Of a stretch of DNA of 64,000 nt, positions 24,731 through 34,292 are shown piece by piece. Location of the stretch: NCBI GenBank assembly GCA_934635045.1, contig CAKTZA010000003.1, positions 13,143 to 77,142 on the forward strand, read 5' to 3'. A program made the translations under genes and the position numbers. Below the pieces are notes generated by a model. That model had not been told where the DNA came from, made no database searches, and saw only the letters and a program-made list of their open reading frames with translations. Each line of letters begins with the position of its first letter. Within the stretch, counting starts at the first letter, position 1. Source of the DNA: an uncultured Kiritimatiellota bacterium (lineage in GTDB: Bacteria > Verrucomicrobiota > Kiritimatiellia > RFP12 > UBA1067).

Positions 24731-27700
24731 ATGAAAAGACTGCTGATGACGATGGGGGCGGCGCTGGGCGTCGCGTGGACGGGGTGCGCGGAGATGAAGG
24801 AGATGACCTGGCGCATTCCGCTGATGGAGAAGGCGCCGGTCATCGACGGCACGGTCGATCCCGCCGAATGGGCGGGGGCGCACGGCTCCTTCGGGTTCGT
24901 GCGGTATCCGACCGACACGGTCGCGCCGATCCGGAGCGCGTTCTTCGTCGGGCGCACGAAAGACCGGCTCTACCTTGCCGGGCTCGGGAAGGTCGGTCCG
25001 ACGGGCCTCGCGCGCGCCGTCAAGGCGCGCAAGGGCAACGTCGACTGCTTCAGCGACGACACGTACGAGATCGTGCTGGTGCCCGATGCGGCGAAAGGCG
25101 TGCCGGACATCCGTCACGTCATCGTCAACTACAACGGCGCGTACCGCACGCAGGCCCTTCTCGACAACAAGATGGCGGCGTTCCTGCCCGAGACGATGGT
25201 GACCAAGAGCGCCGAACGGGACGGCTGGTGGCATTTCGAGTGGTCGATTGCGCTGGACGAGATCGGCTTCGCGCCGGAGGCGGCCGAGCGGCACGCGATC
25301 CGCTTCTGCCGCAACTTCAAGCGCGTCGAGAACCAGTGGGGCTTCCAGAGCTCGATGCGTCCCGACGAGCGCGGCTTCTTCGCCGCCGGGCGCGCGGTGC
25401 CGTCCGCCTTCGACGACGCGGCGGTCGCCGTGCAGCTCGTCACGGGCGACGAGACGGACGCCTCCCGCTGGAACCTGACGCTGCGCCTGCACAACCCGAC
25501 GGCGGCGGCCGCGACGGTCGAGGCCAAGGTCGAGGGGCGCCCCGTCAACTCGCAGCCCGGCGTCACGCTGAAGACCGTGACGCTCCAGCCCGGCGAGACG
25601 GTCGAGCTGCCGGTCTCGGGCCCGGTCCTCGGCGACGAGAAGGTCACGCTCGTCACGGACGTGAAGCAGGACGGGAAGACGGTCTTCTTCCGCGAGATCG
25701 GCTGGCGTCCGAACGGCCCCGCGCCGCAGTGGCTCAAGGCCGGCGAGGACGGCAGCGGCGTCAAGTTCGACTTCGCGTTCTATCCGAGCCACAACCGCAT
25801 GCGCCTGCGGGCCGACCTCACCACGATCGAGAAGCGTCCGAAGACCGTCAAGGTCGAACTGCGCAACGACGAGAACCGGGGGCGGAACGTTCTCGCCGAG
25901 ACGACGCTGACGCTGGATGCGGAAGGCGTGGCGGACGTCCTCTGGGACATTCCCGACCTCAAGGCCGTGACGCAGAAGACGGGCGTCGGCGGCTACACGC
26001 TCACGCTCGTGGCCGAGGGCGTCAAGAAGGGCACGCTCACGCGCGCGTTCCGCCGCGACGTCTTCGACTGGGAAGGCTTCACGGGCGGCACGTCCGACAC
26101 GGTCCCCTCGATGTTCGAGCCGGTGAAGCGGTGGACGGATGCGTCGGGCGCGGCGCATGTGGGCGTCGTGCTGCGCGACCACACGATCGGCGAGCATGGC
26201 CTCTGGCGGCAGGTTCTCGCGGACGGCAAGCCGCTCCTCGCCCGCCCCATGCGCCTCACCCACCCCACGTCCCCATCCCCCGCTCCCCGTTCCCCGTTCC
26301 CTGTTCCCAGTTCCCTGTCCGCGAAGACGACCTGGGACGTCGACGGCCTGATGACGTGGGAGCTGACGCTGCCGCCGGGGCATTACGAGCCGCTGACGCT
26401 GGAGATCCCGATTCGGGCGGAGCGCGCGAAGCTGTTTCATCCGTGTGCGGACGGCATGCGCTTCAACTACGCGGGCGTCGTGCCGGCGGGCACGGGGCGC
26501 GTCTGGAACTCGTCCGAGGCGCCGCGCACGTCGATCATCGGCGACTACCTGCCGTACATCTGGATCGGCGGGCCGCTGCGCGGCATCGCCGTCTTCGGCG
26601 AGTCGGACAAGGGCTGGGTGCTGGCGGAGAAGGCCCATTGCCAGGAAGTCTTCCGCGAAGACGACGGCACGGTCGTCCTGCGGCTGAACCTCATCCAGAA
26701 GCCGGTTGACCTCGCGGCGGCGCGCACGATCCGGATGGGCTTCATGGCGACGCCCGTCAAGCGCATGGAGAAGGACTTCCGCGCGAAGCCGATCGGCGAG
26801 CTCGTCGGCAGCTGCTACTACTGGGGCGGCTATTCGGCGTCCGACGACATCCACCCCTACGACGGGACGGACACGTTCTGGCGCAAGATGGCGGAGGCGC
26901 GCCGCACGGGAAAGATCGACCGGGACTACATCGAGCGCGCGATTGCCGAGCGCGTCTGCCACTGTCCGACGAACTCGCCGCGCTATGCGGAGACCTACCG
27001 CTGCTTCAAGGCGCACTTCTACAGCGGCATGAACGTGATGGCGAACCTGTGCGGCCGCGAGGCGAAGGCCGTCTGGTACACGAACGGGCGCGGCGTGCGG
27101 CTCGGCAACCCGGAGGGCGCGACCTTCGCGGACGAGTGGACGGTCGAGCCGTTCGCAAAGCGTCCGTTCGCCTGGGGCGACACGAAGAGCTATTCGCTCG
27201 ACCCGAACCGGGCGTACCTCGACTTCGCCGCATACTGGTGGGAGAAGGCCCTCGCGCTCGGCGTCGTCGACTACTTCTACTGGGACGACATCTTCTGCCA
27301 GTCGAACTTCGACCTCGTCGGCACGGAGTCGTACCGCACGGAATCGGGCGACATCCAGCCGGCGTCGGGCATCTTCAACCAGCGCGCGCAGGTGAAGCGG
27401 TGCGCCGTCCTCCAGGCGGAGCACGGCTGGACCGACCACAAGAACTGGGTCCACATGACGAACACGGCGCTCGCGCCCGTCCTCTCGTTCGCCGGCACGA
27501 ACTACGACTGGGAGGACGTCGCGGGCGACACGACGATCCAGGAGCGGTATCCGCGCGAATGCATCCAGGCCCAGAGCCTCGGTCGCCAGTTCGGCAACCA
27601 GGTCGCCGTCATGGGGTACTTCGCGACGAAGGACCCGAAGAGCGAGAAGCTCATGTGGCTGCACCGCACGGGCGTGGGCGCGGTGCTGACGCACGAGCTG

Positions 27701-28060
27701 TGGTGGCCGCGCGTGAAGGAGTGGCGCGCGGCGGACGCGCGGCTCACGGACTGGGGCTACCGCCAGCCGACGACGCGGGTCTGGAACTACTGGGACGAGG
27801 ACGTGCCGTTCCCGGTCGCGGTGACGGGCGGCGAAAGCGCGGCGCTCGCGATGCGGCGAGCGGACGGCGAGGCCGTGGTCGTCGTGAGCGACTGGAAGGA
27901 TGGCGGAGACTATTCGATCCGTCCCGCCTGCGCGGCGATGGGCATTCGGTCGGACTTCACGGCCTATGACATGGAGACGGGCAAGGCGCTACCCGTCGCG
28001 GACGGCGCGGTGAAGGTGTCGCTCGCGCGCTTCGACTACGTGATGATCGGCATTCGGTGA
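24731..28060 (+). CDS. Large secreted protein, paralog 2 of 14283..17873 (CBM9/DOMON-like N-terminus plus the shared C-terminal module)
   Basis: ATG 24731 gives the signal peptide MKRLLMTMGAALGVAWTGCA; the ORF track starts at 24680. There is extensive collinear identity with paralog 1 over the C-terminal ~650 aa. Confidence 0.75.
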   Translation: MKRLLMTMGAALGVAWTGCAEMKEMTWRIPLMEKAPVIDGTVDPAEWAGAHGSFGFVRYPTDTVAPIRSAFFVGRTKDRLYLAGLGKVGPTGLARAVKARKGNVDCFSDDTYEIVLVPDAAKGVPDIRHVIVNYNGAYRTQALLDNKMAAFLPETMVTKSAERDGWWHFEWSIALDEIGFAPEAAERHAIRFCRNFKRVENQWGFQSSMRPDERGFFAAGRAVPSAFDDAAVAVQLVTGDETDASRWNLTLRLHNPTAAAATVEAKVEGRPVNSQPGVTLKTVTLQPGETVELPVSGPVLGDEKVTLVTDVKQDGKTVFFREIGWRPNGPAPQWLKAGEDGSGVKFDFAFYPSHNRMRLRADLTTIEKRPKTVKVELRNDENRGRNVLAETTLTLDAEGVADVLWDIPDLKAVTQKTGVGGYTLTLVAEGVKKGTLTRAFRRDVFDWEGFTGGTSDTVPSMFEPVKRWTDASGAAHVGVVLRDHTIGEHGLWRQVLADGKPLLARPMRLTHPTSPSPAPRSPFPVPSSLSAKTTWDVDGLMTWELTLPPGHYEPLTLEIPIRAERAKLFHPCADGMRFNYAGVVPAGTGRVWNSSEAPRTSIIGDYLPYIWIGGPLRGIAVFGESDKGWVLAEKAHCQEVFREDDGTVVLRLNLIQKPVDLAAARTIRMGFMATPVKRMEKDFRAKPIGELVGSCYYWGGYSASDDIHPYDGTDTFWRKMAEARRTGKIDRDYIERAIAERVCHCPTNSPRYAETYRCFKAHFYSGMNVMANLCGREAKAVWYTNGRGVRLGNPEGATFADEWTVEPFAKRPFAWGDTKSYSLDPNRAYLDFAAYWWEKALALGVVDYFYWDDIFCQSNFDLVGTESYRTESGDIQPASGIFNQRAQVKRCAVLQAEHGWTDHKNWVHMTNTALAPVLSFAGTNYDWEDVAGDTTIQERYPRECIQAQSLGRQFGNQVAVMGYFATKDPKSEKLMWLHRTGVGAVLTHELWWPRVKEWRAADARLTDWGYRQPTTRVWNYWDEDVPFPVAVTGGESAALAMRRADGEAVVVVSDWKDGGDYSIRPACAAMGIRSDFTAYDMETGKALPVADGAVKVSLARFDYVMIGIR
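26259..26320 (+). repeat. C-tract region containing five 7-nt units (CCCNGTY); G-tracts on the - strand
   Basis: cccaccccacgtccccatcccccgct then ccccgtt ccccgtt ccctgtt cccagtt ccctgtc (26285..26319). It encodes HPTSPSPAPRSPFPVPSSLS. Confidence 0.85.
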
Positions 28061-28998
28061 AGGGCGTGCGGACATTCGTCTGGAGCCTGTTGGCGTGTTC
28101 GGTGACGGCGCACGCGGCGTCTGGCGGCGCGTTGCCGCCGGAGGCCGGATCGTGCAAGCCGGTTCCCGCCGCCTATGTCCGCGAGGCGCGGGCCGCCTAT
28201 CGCACGGCGGCCTATGCCGCCGGCACGAACAGCGTGATCGGCAAGTATTCGCGCGAGGATCCGTTCGGGCCCGACGCGCGCCTGGACGAGCCGGGCGGCG
28301 GCGCGCGGCCGGATCAGCCGATCGTCTGGCGGGTGAACGGCTTGCGGAACGTCCGTGACATCGGCGGCTGGACGGGGCTCAGGACCGGCCGGATCTATCG
28401 CGGTTCCGAGTTGTCGCGCGTGCCGGGCTTTTCCGACGGCATCGACCCGGAAACGCGGCGCATTGTCCGGGATGTCTGGAATCTGGCGACGGACTTTGAC
28501 CTGCGGGGCAATTCGGCGTGGGGCATCCGCGACTACGGCAACACGAACCTCGTGGAGCTGCAGGCTTTCGGCGTCCCGAAGCTGTCGTTCGCGTTCCCCT
28601 CCTATTTGGGCCTCTTCAAGTATCCGCAGATCGTCTCTGCCGCGCTGAAGGCGCTCGCGAAACCGGAGACGTACCCGACCTACATCCACTGCGCGGGCGG
28701 CGCCGACCGCACGGGTTCGCTGATTTTCATCTTGGAGGCGCTGTGCGGCGTCCCGGAGGCGGACATTGACGTTGACTACGAACTGACGTCCTTCGCGCAG
28801 GTTTTCGGACTTCGCAACCGCTTCCGTCACCTGACGCTGGACTTTCTCGCTTTCAAGGACGCATTCCGGGCCTATCGCGGGGCGACGCTTCAGGAGCAGG
28901 TCGCCACCGCCTGCCGGGAGACGTTCGGCCTGGCGCAGGCGGAAATCGACTCGATTCGTCGTTTGCTGAAAGAAGAAGACCATCACATCCAACCATGA
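28057..28998 (+). CDS. Secreted Cys-based (CX5R) tyrosine-phosphatase-family protein (Y_phosphatase3-like)
   Basis: The GTG start overlaps the upstream stop (GTGA). Signal peptide present. Active-site motif IHCAGGADRTGS. Confidence 0.7.
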   Translation: MKGVRTFVWSLLACSVTAHAASGGALPPEAGSCKPVPAAYVREARAAYRTAAYAAGTNSVIGKYSREDPFGPDARLDEPGGGARPDQPIVWRVNGLRNVRDIGGWTGLRTGRIYRGSELSRVPGFSDGIDPETRRIVRDVWNLATDFDLRGNSAWGIRDYGNTNLVELQAFGVPKLSFAFPSYLGLFKYPQIVSAALKALAKPETYPTYIHCAGGADRTGSLIFILEALCGVPEADIDVDYELTSFAQVFGLRNRFRHLTLDFLAFKDAFRAYRGATLQEQVATACRETFGLAQAEIDSIRRLLKEEDHHIQP

Positions 28999-30986
28999 CC
29001 ATGAAAACAAACAAGACAATCGGATGCGGCCTTGTCGCCGCATGGACGGCGTTCGGGGCGGCTTTCGCCGCGTCGGGGGCCGAGGGATTCCGCTTCGAGC
29101 TGGACGGGCTCGTCACGCCGCGCGGCAAGATCGCGTGGGGCGACATGCTGGAGGTGCGCAGCTACGAGCGGCCGACCCAGAAGTATAGGACCTACGGCGT
29201 GACGGCCAAGGTCCGCGTCTTCACGGCGACGCGCGTCGAGCTCGACTTCACCGAGAAGGAGTCCGGCGCCTACGTGCCGCTGCGCCTCGACCTCGACGAC
29301 ACGTACCTGCGGGCGCGCGTGGAGGCGGGCGACATCGTCGAGCCGCTCGGCTGCTCGTACCGCGTGATGGAGCTCGCGATCCTGCCGACGGCGTTGGACG
29401 CGAAGGTTGGCGAGGAGGGCCGCTACCTGCTGCCGATCTACGGCGGGTGCATCGCGCCGTTCCGGGCCGACCGCCGCCTCTTCACGCGCGACCGCATCTA
29501 CGTGCAGCAGAACACGTGGGAGAAGATGGGCATGATCAACGCCTTCGGCGCGAGCCGGAGCGGCGACTCGACGCTCGGCATCGTCCACGGCGGCGACTTC
29601 TCCGCGTGGGTCGAGACGACGGTCGACCCCGGCACGGGCGTGTGCCGCCAGAGCCCGGTCGTGCGCGTGCGCGAGGATCCGGCCGACGTGCAGAGCTTCG
29701 AGCGGAAGGAGATCCTCTTCCGCAACCTGAAGGGCGCGAAGGACTGGACGGGCCTCGCGCTCGCGTACGGCGAGTACCTGCGCACGGAGCGCGAGCTGCT
29801 GCCGATCGAGGTGCGCGCGGCGGGCAACGAGCGTCTCCAGTACATCCTCGGCGCGGTGCGCGTCAACATCTTCATGGGGCTGAAGAAGCCCTTCGTGCCG
29901 GACGGCTCCTCGCCGTACTTCTCGGCGACGACCTTCGCCGAGGCGGAGGAGATCGTCGACGAGGTGCGGGCGCGCGGCATCGACAAGGCCTGGTTCTGCC
30001 TTGTCGGCTGGATCAAGGACGGCCACGACGGAGCCTATCCGTCGCACTTCCCCGTCAACGCGCAGGCGGGCGGCGAGGAGGGCCTGAAGCGGCTCATCGC
30101 GAAGATCCGCGGCTACGGCTACGCCGTCACGCCGCATGACAACATCCACTCCTGCTACGCGGCTTCGCCCGACTACGACAGCCAGATCCCGTGCCGGACG
30201 CGCGCGGGCGAGGAGCTGCCGATGGGCATCTGGTCCGGCGGCATGATCCGCATCGGCTGTCCGCACCTCTACGTGCAGCGGTACGGCGGCGACTTCGCGC
30301 GCATCAAGGGGCTCGGCTTCGCCGGCGTCTACTACATCGACGCGCTGATGCCGGTGCTGTTCCAGTGCCACGATCCGCGCCATCCGGCGGACGAGCGGCA
30401 GTTCATCGAGGGTCAGCTGCGCGTGCTGCAGTGGATGAAGTCGGAGTACGGCGTCGCGGCGACCGAGACGCAGGCGATGCCGGCCCTGAAGTACATCGAC
30501 TACGGGTCGAACGGCGGCAGCGGCGACCGGGTCTACTTCTCGCGGCTCCTGGATCCCGACACGAAGGCGATGTTCGAGCGCTACGTGCCGTTCTACAACG
30601 TCGCGATGCACGGCCTCATCGTCTACCAGTCGGGCTGGGTGCACGCCTTCCGCAAGAAGGGCAAGTGGCTTTCGGCGATCGTCGACGGCGGCGTGCCGGC
30701 GGTCGAGACGGCGATGCGCAACGGCGCAAACGGCGACTATTACAGGGACTCGCTCGACGACATGATGGCGTGGTGGGAGATCTGCTTCAAGGTCGCGCCC
30801 GAGTTCTCGCGCGGCGTCACGACGGCCTTCGAGGAGTTCGCGCCCGACGCCGTGCACTGGACGTTCCACAACGGGCTGGAGATGTGGGTCAACGCGACGG
30901 ACGAGGCGGCGGGCGGCCTGAAGCCGCGCACGATCCGCCTCACGCGCCACGGGCAGGAGATCTACACGGGCAGCTGCGCGCGGTGA
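28995..30986 (+). CDS. Secreted hypothetical protein, possibly a TIM-barrel glycosidase-like enzyme
   Basis: The ATG overlaps the upstream stop (ATGA). Signal peptide LVAAWTAFGAAFAASGA. Codon usage is consistent with a real gene. Function is only guessed, from context and from GWIKDGHDGAYPSHFP...GYGYAVTPHDN. Confidence 0.55.
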   Translation: MTMKTNKTIGCGLVAAWTAFGAAFAASGAEGFRFELDGLVTPRGKIAWGDMLEVRSYERPTQKYRTYGVTAKVRVFTATRVELDFTEKESGAYVPLRLDLDDTYLRARVEAGDIVEPLGCSYRVMELAILPTALDAKVGEEGRYLLPIYGGCIAPFRADRRLFTRDRIYVQQNTWEKMGMINAFGASRSGDSTLGIVHGGDFSAWVETTVDPGTGVCRQSPVVRVREDPADVQSFERKEILFRNLKGAKDWTGLALAYGEYLRTERELLPIEVRAAGNERLQYILGAVRVNIFMGLKKPFVPDGSSPYFSATTFAEAEEIVDEVRARGIDKAWFCLVGWIKDGHDGAYPSHFPVNAQAGGEEGLKRLIAKIRGYGYAVTPHDNIHSCYAASPDYDSQIPCRTRAGEELPMGIWSGGMIRIGCPHLYVQRYGGDFARIKGLGFAGVYYIDALMPVLFQCHDPRHPADERQFIEGQLRVLQWMKSEYGVAATETQAMPALKYIDYGSNGGSGDRVYFSRLLDPDTKAMFERYVPFYNVAMHGLIVYQSGWVHAFRKKGKWLSAIVDGGVPAVETAMRNGANGDYYRDSLDDMMAWWEICFKVAPEFSRGVTTAFEEFAPDAVHWTFHNGLEMWVNATDEAAGGLKPRTIRLTRHGQEIYTGSCAR

Positions 30987-30996
30987 GGGCGGAATT

Positions 30997-31005
30997 TGCT
31001 ATAAT
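30997..31005 (+). promoter_or_regulatory. Extended -10 promoter (TGcTATAAT), 6 nt upstream of ATG 31012 (leaderless cpaB)
   Basis: ggaatTTGCTATAAT acgggc ATG. Confidence 0.5.
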
Positions 31006-31011
31006 ACGGGC

Positions 31012-31818
31012 ATGAAACGTGAAATCGTACTCGTCATCAGCCTCGTCGCCGGCGTCCTGGCCGCCGTGCTGACGCGCATCTACCTGTCGGCGAAGGACGC
31101 CGAGGTGCGGGATCTCAAGAACGCGATCAACAGCAAGTACGGCACGCTGGACGTCCTGTGCTTCAAGAAGGAGGTGCCGTCCGGCACGGTGCTCGCGAAA
31201 AGCGACCTCGGCCTCAAGACCGTGCCGGCGATCGGCATGCGCGGGCAGGCGCTGGAGCTCGAAAGCCTCGGCGAGGTGCTGGGGCGCAAGACGCTCCTCG
31301 GCCACAAGGCGGGCGACGTCCTCTTCTGGGCCGACATCGAGGGCGGCAACCCGACGGCGACGGGGCTTTCGGCGGACATCAAGCGGACGATGCGCGCGGT
31401 GTCGATCAACTGCACGGGCGCGGCGAGCGTCTCGTCGATGGTGAAGCCGAACGACCACGTGGACGTCATTGGCACGTTCGACTTCGACCGGGGCGATGCG
31501 CGCAAGAAGAACTTCGTCACCTGCACGATCCTCCAGAACGTGCTCGTGCTCGCGACCGGCTCGCGGACGGCGAAGACGCGCGCGAAGGACCTCGGCCTGT
31601 CGTCCGGCTACTCGACCGTCACGCTGGAGGTCACGCCGCGCGAGGCCGAGATGCTCGCGTTCGCCGAGCAGATGAAGGGGCGGCTCGTCCTCTCGCTGCG
31701 CAACCGCAACGACACGTCGTTCGAGAAGGAGCTGCCGAAGGTCGACTTCGAGAAGATCCAGGGCGAGATCGAGGAGCTGAACCTCAAGCGCCAGAGCCAG
31801 AAGCTGACCAACCGCTGA
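31012..31818 (+). CDS. cpaB: Flp/Tad pilus assembly protein CpaB (SAF + RcpC domains)
   Basis: N-terminal TM segment VLVISLVAGVLAAVLT, then a SAF-like segment (VLCFKKEVPSGTVLAKSDL) and a CpaB-like C-terminus (VTLEVTPREAEMLAFAEQMKGRLVLSLRN). Confidence 0.75.
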   Translation: MKREIVLVISLVAGVLAAVLTRIYLSAKDAEVRDLKNAINSKYGTLDVLCFKKEVPSGTVLAKSDLGLKTVPAIGMRGQALELESLGEVLGRKTLLGHKAGDVLFWADIEGGNPTATGLSADIKRTMRAVSINCTGAASVSSMVKPNDHVDVIGTFDFDRGDARKKNFVTCTILQNVLVLATGSRTAKTRAKDLGLSSGYSTVTLEVTPREAEMLAFAEQMKGRLVLSLRNRNDTSFEKELPKVDFEKIQGEIEELNLKRQSQKLTNR

Positions 31819-31834
31819 CGAGGAGGACGACGAC

Positions 31835-33598
31835 ATGGTTCTGACGACGCTCATCGACGGCGTGCGCGAGACGCGGGAACTGACGGACGGCGCCTATCTC
31901 ATCGGGCGCGGCGAGAGCTGCCGCATCCGCTTCGCCTCGCCTGACGTGAGCGAGCGGCACGCGATCCTGACCGTGCGCGGCGCACGCGTGCTGATCGAAG
32001 ACCTGCACAGCGCGAACGGCACGTTCGTGAACGGCGTCGCGATTGACCGCGCCGAGGCGCTCGACGGTGGCAAGGTCGTGCAGGTCGGCAGCGGCATGCT
32101 GCGCGTGAGCGAAGAGCCGGCGGCTGAAGCCGCCGGTCCCGATAAAGACGCGCGTGACGCGGCGACTGAAGCCGCTGATGGCGAGGGGGGCGGTCGAAGC
32201 GAATCAGACGCCGTTGGTTTCGATGACGCGGCGCGCGAGCCGTCGGCTGATCGTCCTGAATTTGCTTCGGGCGCGAGCCCCGAAGCCGCCGAGCCGCCGT
32301 CCGCACCGGTCGACGACCCGATGCGCGCGCTGCGGCGCAGCGTGCAGAAGCAGATCCAGCACGAGCTGCTGAAGCGCATGGACATGAAGAAGCTCACCGT
32401 CCAGGGCGTGGATCGCGAGGGGCTGGAGGAGAACGCGCGCGCGAAGATCCGCGCCATCATCGACGAGGTCGTCGCGAACGGGCGCCTCCCGGAGGGCATC
32501 GACCCCGTGCGGCTGGAGGACGACGTCTTCAACGAGGCGATGCGCCTCGGCCCGCTGGAGGACCTGCTCGCGGATGACTCGGTTTCGGAGATCATGGTCA
32601 ACGGCCCCGCGCACGTCTACGTCGAGCGCCACGGCAAGCTGGCGCTCTCGGACTGCCAGTTCTCGGACGACGCGAGCGTCATGGCCGTCATCGAGCGCAT
32701 CATTGCGCCGCTCGGTCGTCGCTGCGACGAGTCCCAGCCGTATGTGGACGCGCGCCTGCCGGACGGCAGCCGCGTCAACGCGATCATCGCGCCGCTCGCG
32801 CTCTCCGGCCCGACGATCACGATCCGCAAGTTCGCGAAGAAGGCCCTGACGCCGGAGGACTTCATCCGCTTCGGCACGTGGACGCACGACGCGGCGGAGT
32901 TCATGCGGCTCTGCGTCACGCTGCGGAAGAACATCATCGTCGCGGGCGGCACGGGCTCGGGCAAGACGACGCTCCTTAACCTGCTGTCGGGCTTCATTCC
33001 GGCGACCGAGCGCATCATCACCGTCGAGGACGCGGCGGAGCTGCGGCTTCAGCAGCCGCACGTCGTGCGGCTGGAGGCGCGCCCCGCGAACATCGAGGGG
33101 AAGGGCGCCGTGCCGATCCGCGACCTCGTGAAGAACTGCCTGCGCATGCGACCCGACCGCATCATCGTCGGCGAATGTCGTGGCGGCGAGGCACTCGACA
33201 TGCTGCAGGCGATGAACACGGGCCACGACGGGTCGCTGACGACCGTGCACGCGAACTCGCCGCGCGACGTCATCTCGCGCCTGGAGACGATGGTGCTCAT
33301 GAGCGGGATGGAGCTGCCGAGCCGGGCGATCCGCGAGCAGATCGCGAGCGCGGTCGACATCATCATCCACGAGTCGCGGATGAGCGACGGCTCGCGCAAG
33401 GTGACGGCGATCACGGAGGTGACGGGGCTCGAAGGCAACCAGATCGTCATGCAGGACATCTTCGCGTTCCGCCAGACGGGCGTCGACGCGCACGGGAAGA
33501 TTCTCGGCGAGATGAAGCCGACGGGGGCGATTCCGACGTGGATCGACCAGCTCAAGAGCCGGGGCATCCACATTGACATGAGGATGTTCCAGGAATGA
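31835..33598 (+). CDS. cpaF: FHA-domain-fused CpaF/TadA-type secretion ATPase
   Basis: N-terminal FHA: YLIGRGESCRIRFASPDVSERHAILTVRGARVLIEDLHSANGTFVNG. An Ala/Glu/Asp-rich linker follows. T2SSE core: VAGGTGSGKTTLLN (Walker A), RPDRIIVGECRGGEA, GHDGSLTTVHAN. Confidence 0.85.
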   Translation: MVLTTLIDGVRETRELTDGAYLIGRGESCRIRFASPDVSERHAILTVRGARVLIEDLHSANGTFVNGVAIDRAEALDGGKVVQVGSGMLRVSEEPAAEAAGPDKDARDAATEAADGEGGGRSESDAVGFDDAAREPSADRPEFASGASPEAAEPPSAPVDDPMRALRRSVQKQIQHELLKRMDMKKLTVQGVDREGLEENARAKIRAIIDEVVANGRLPEGIDPVRLEDDVFNEAMRLGPLEDLLADDSVSEIMVNGPAHVYVERHGKLALSDCQFSDDASVMAVIERIIAPLGRRCDESQPYVDARLPDGSRVNAIIAPLALSGPTITIRKFAKKALTPEDFIRFGTWTHDAAEFMRLCVTLRKNIIVAGGTGSGKTTLLNLLSGFIPATERIITVEDAAELRLQQPHVVRLEARPANIEGKGAVPIRDLVKNCLRMRPDRIIVGECRGGEALDMLQAMNTGHDGSLTTVHANSPRDVISRLETMVLMSGMELPSRAIREQIASAVDIIIHESRMSDGSRKVTAITEVTGLEGNQIVMQDIFAFRQTGVDAHGKILGEMKPTGAIPTWIDQLKSRGIHIDMRMFQE

Positions 33599-34272
33599 CC
33601 GTTTGGCTGATTGTCGTGCTGTTCGCGGGGGCCTTTGCCGGGCTCGCGTGGTATTTCGCCTCTGGCGTGAAGATCAAGGCCGGGTGGCAGAACGGCGAGT
33701 CGCCGCTTGCTCGCTACCTGGACAACAAGCGGCGCGCGGCGTTCAACCGGCAGCTGCCCGAGACGCTGGCGACGATGTCGAACGCACTGCGGGCGGGCTT
33801 CTCGCTCTCGCAGGCGTTCGAGTCCGTCGTCGAGCAGGGCGAGCCGCCGGTGAGCGAGGAGTTCGCGATTCTCCAGCAGCAGCTGAAGATCGGCATGGGC
33901 TTCGAGGAGGCGCTGGAGTCGCTGTCGGCGCGCGTCGGCTCTGACGACCTGACGCTCGTGACGACGGCGATCCTCATCTCCCGCAAGACGGGCGGCAACG
34001 TGACGGAGATCTTCGACAAGATCTCGGAGACGATTCGCGGGCGGCAGAAGATCGAGCGCAAGGTGAAGTCGCTGACGGCGCAAGGGCGGCTTCAGGGGCT
34101 CATCGTCTCGGCGATGCCGGTCTTCCTCGGCGTCGTGATGACGCTGATCAAGCCGAAGCTGATGATCCCGTTCCTGACGAGCCCGACGGGCGTCCTCGCC
34201 ATCTTGGGGATGTGCGCGCTCATCGCCATCGGCTGGCTCATGATCCGGAAGATCATCCGCATCGACGTCTGA
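33595..34272 (+). CDS. tadB: TadB-like type II secretion system F-family inner-membrane protein
   Basis: ATGA start/stop overlap with cpaF. T2SSF-like core: LPETLATMSNALRAGFSLSQAF...LKIGMGFEEALESL...ILISRKTGGNVTEIF. C-terminal TM helices are present. Confidence 0.7.
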   Translation: MTVWLIVVLFAGAFAGLAWYFASGVKIKAGWQNGESPLARYLDNKRRAAFNRQLPETLATMSNALRAGFSLSQAFESVVEQGEPPVSEEFAILQQQLKIGMGFEEALESLSARVGSDDLTLVTTAILISRKTGGNVTEIFDKISETIRGRQKIERKVKSLTAQGRLQGLIVSAMPVFLGVVMTLIKPKLMIPFLTSPTGVLAILGMCALIAIGWLMIRKIIRIDV

Positions 34273-34292
34273 CCCCGATTTCCCTCATTTTA

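Noticed and set aside
24867-24889. Possible third copy of the valS palindromic element (aatgggcgggggcgcacggctcc)
   Set aside because: Only ~14 nt resemble the element, the complementary half of the hairpin is missing, and the segment encodes an ordinary part of a conserved domain (EWAGAHGSFG).
14388-27694. Long antisense or alternative-frame ORFs (14388..17783 -, 19316..22591 -, 22969..24957 -, 24518..27694 -, plus + strand alternatives such as 14759..15730 and 24775..26709)
   Set aside because: All overlap coding frames that have signal peptides, paralog conservation or catalytic motifs. Their translations are poly-Arg/Gly/Ala/Pro noise.
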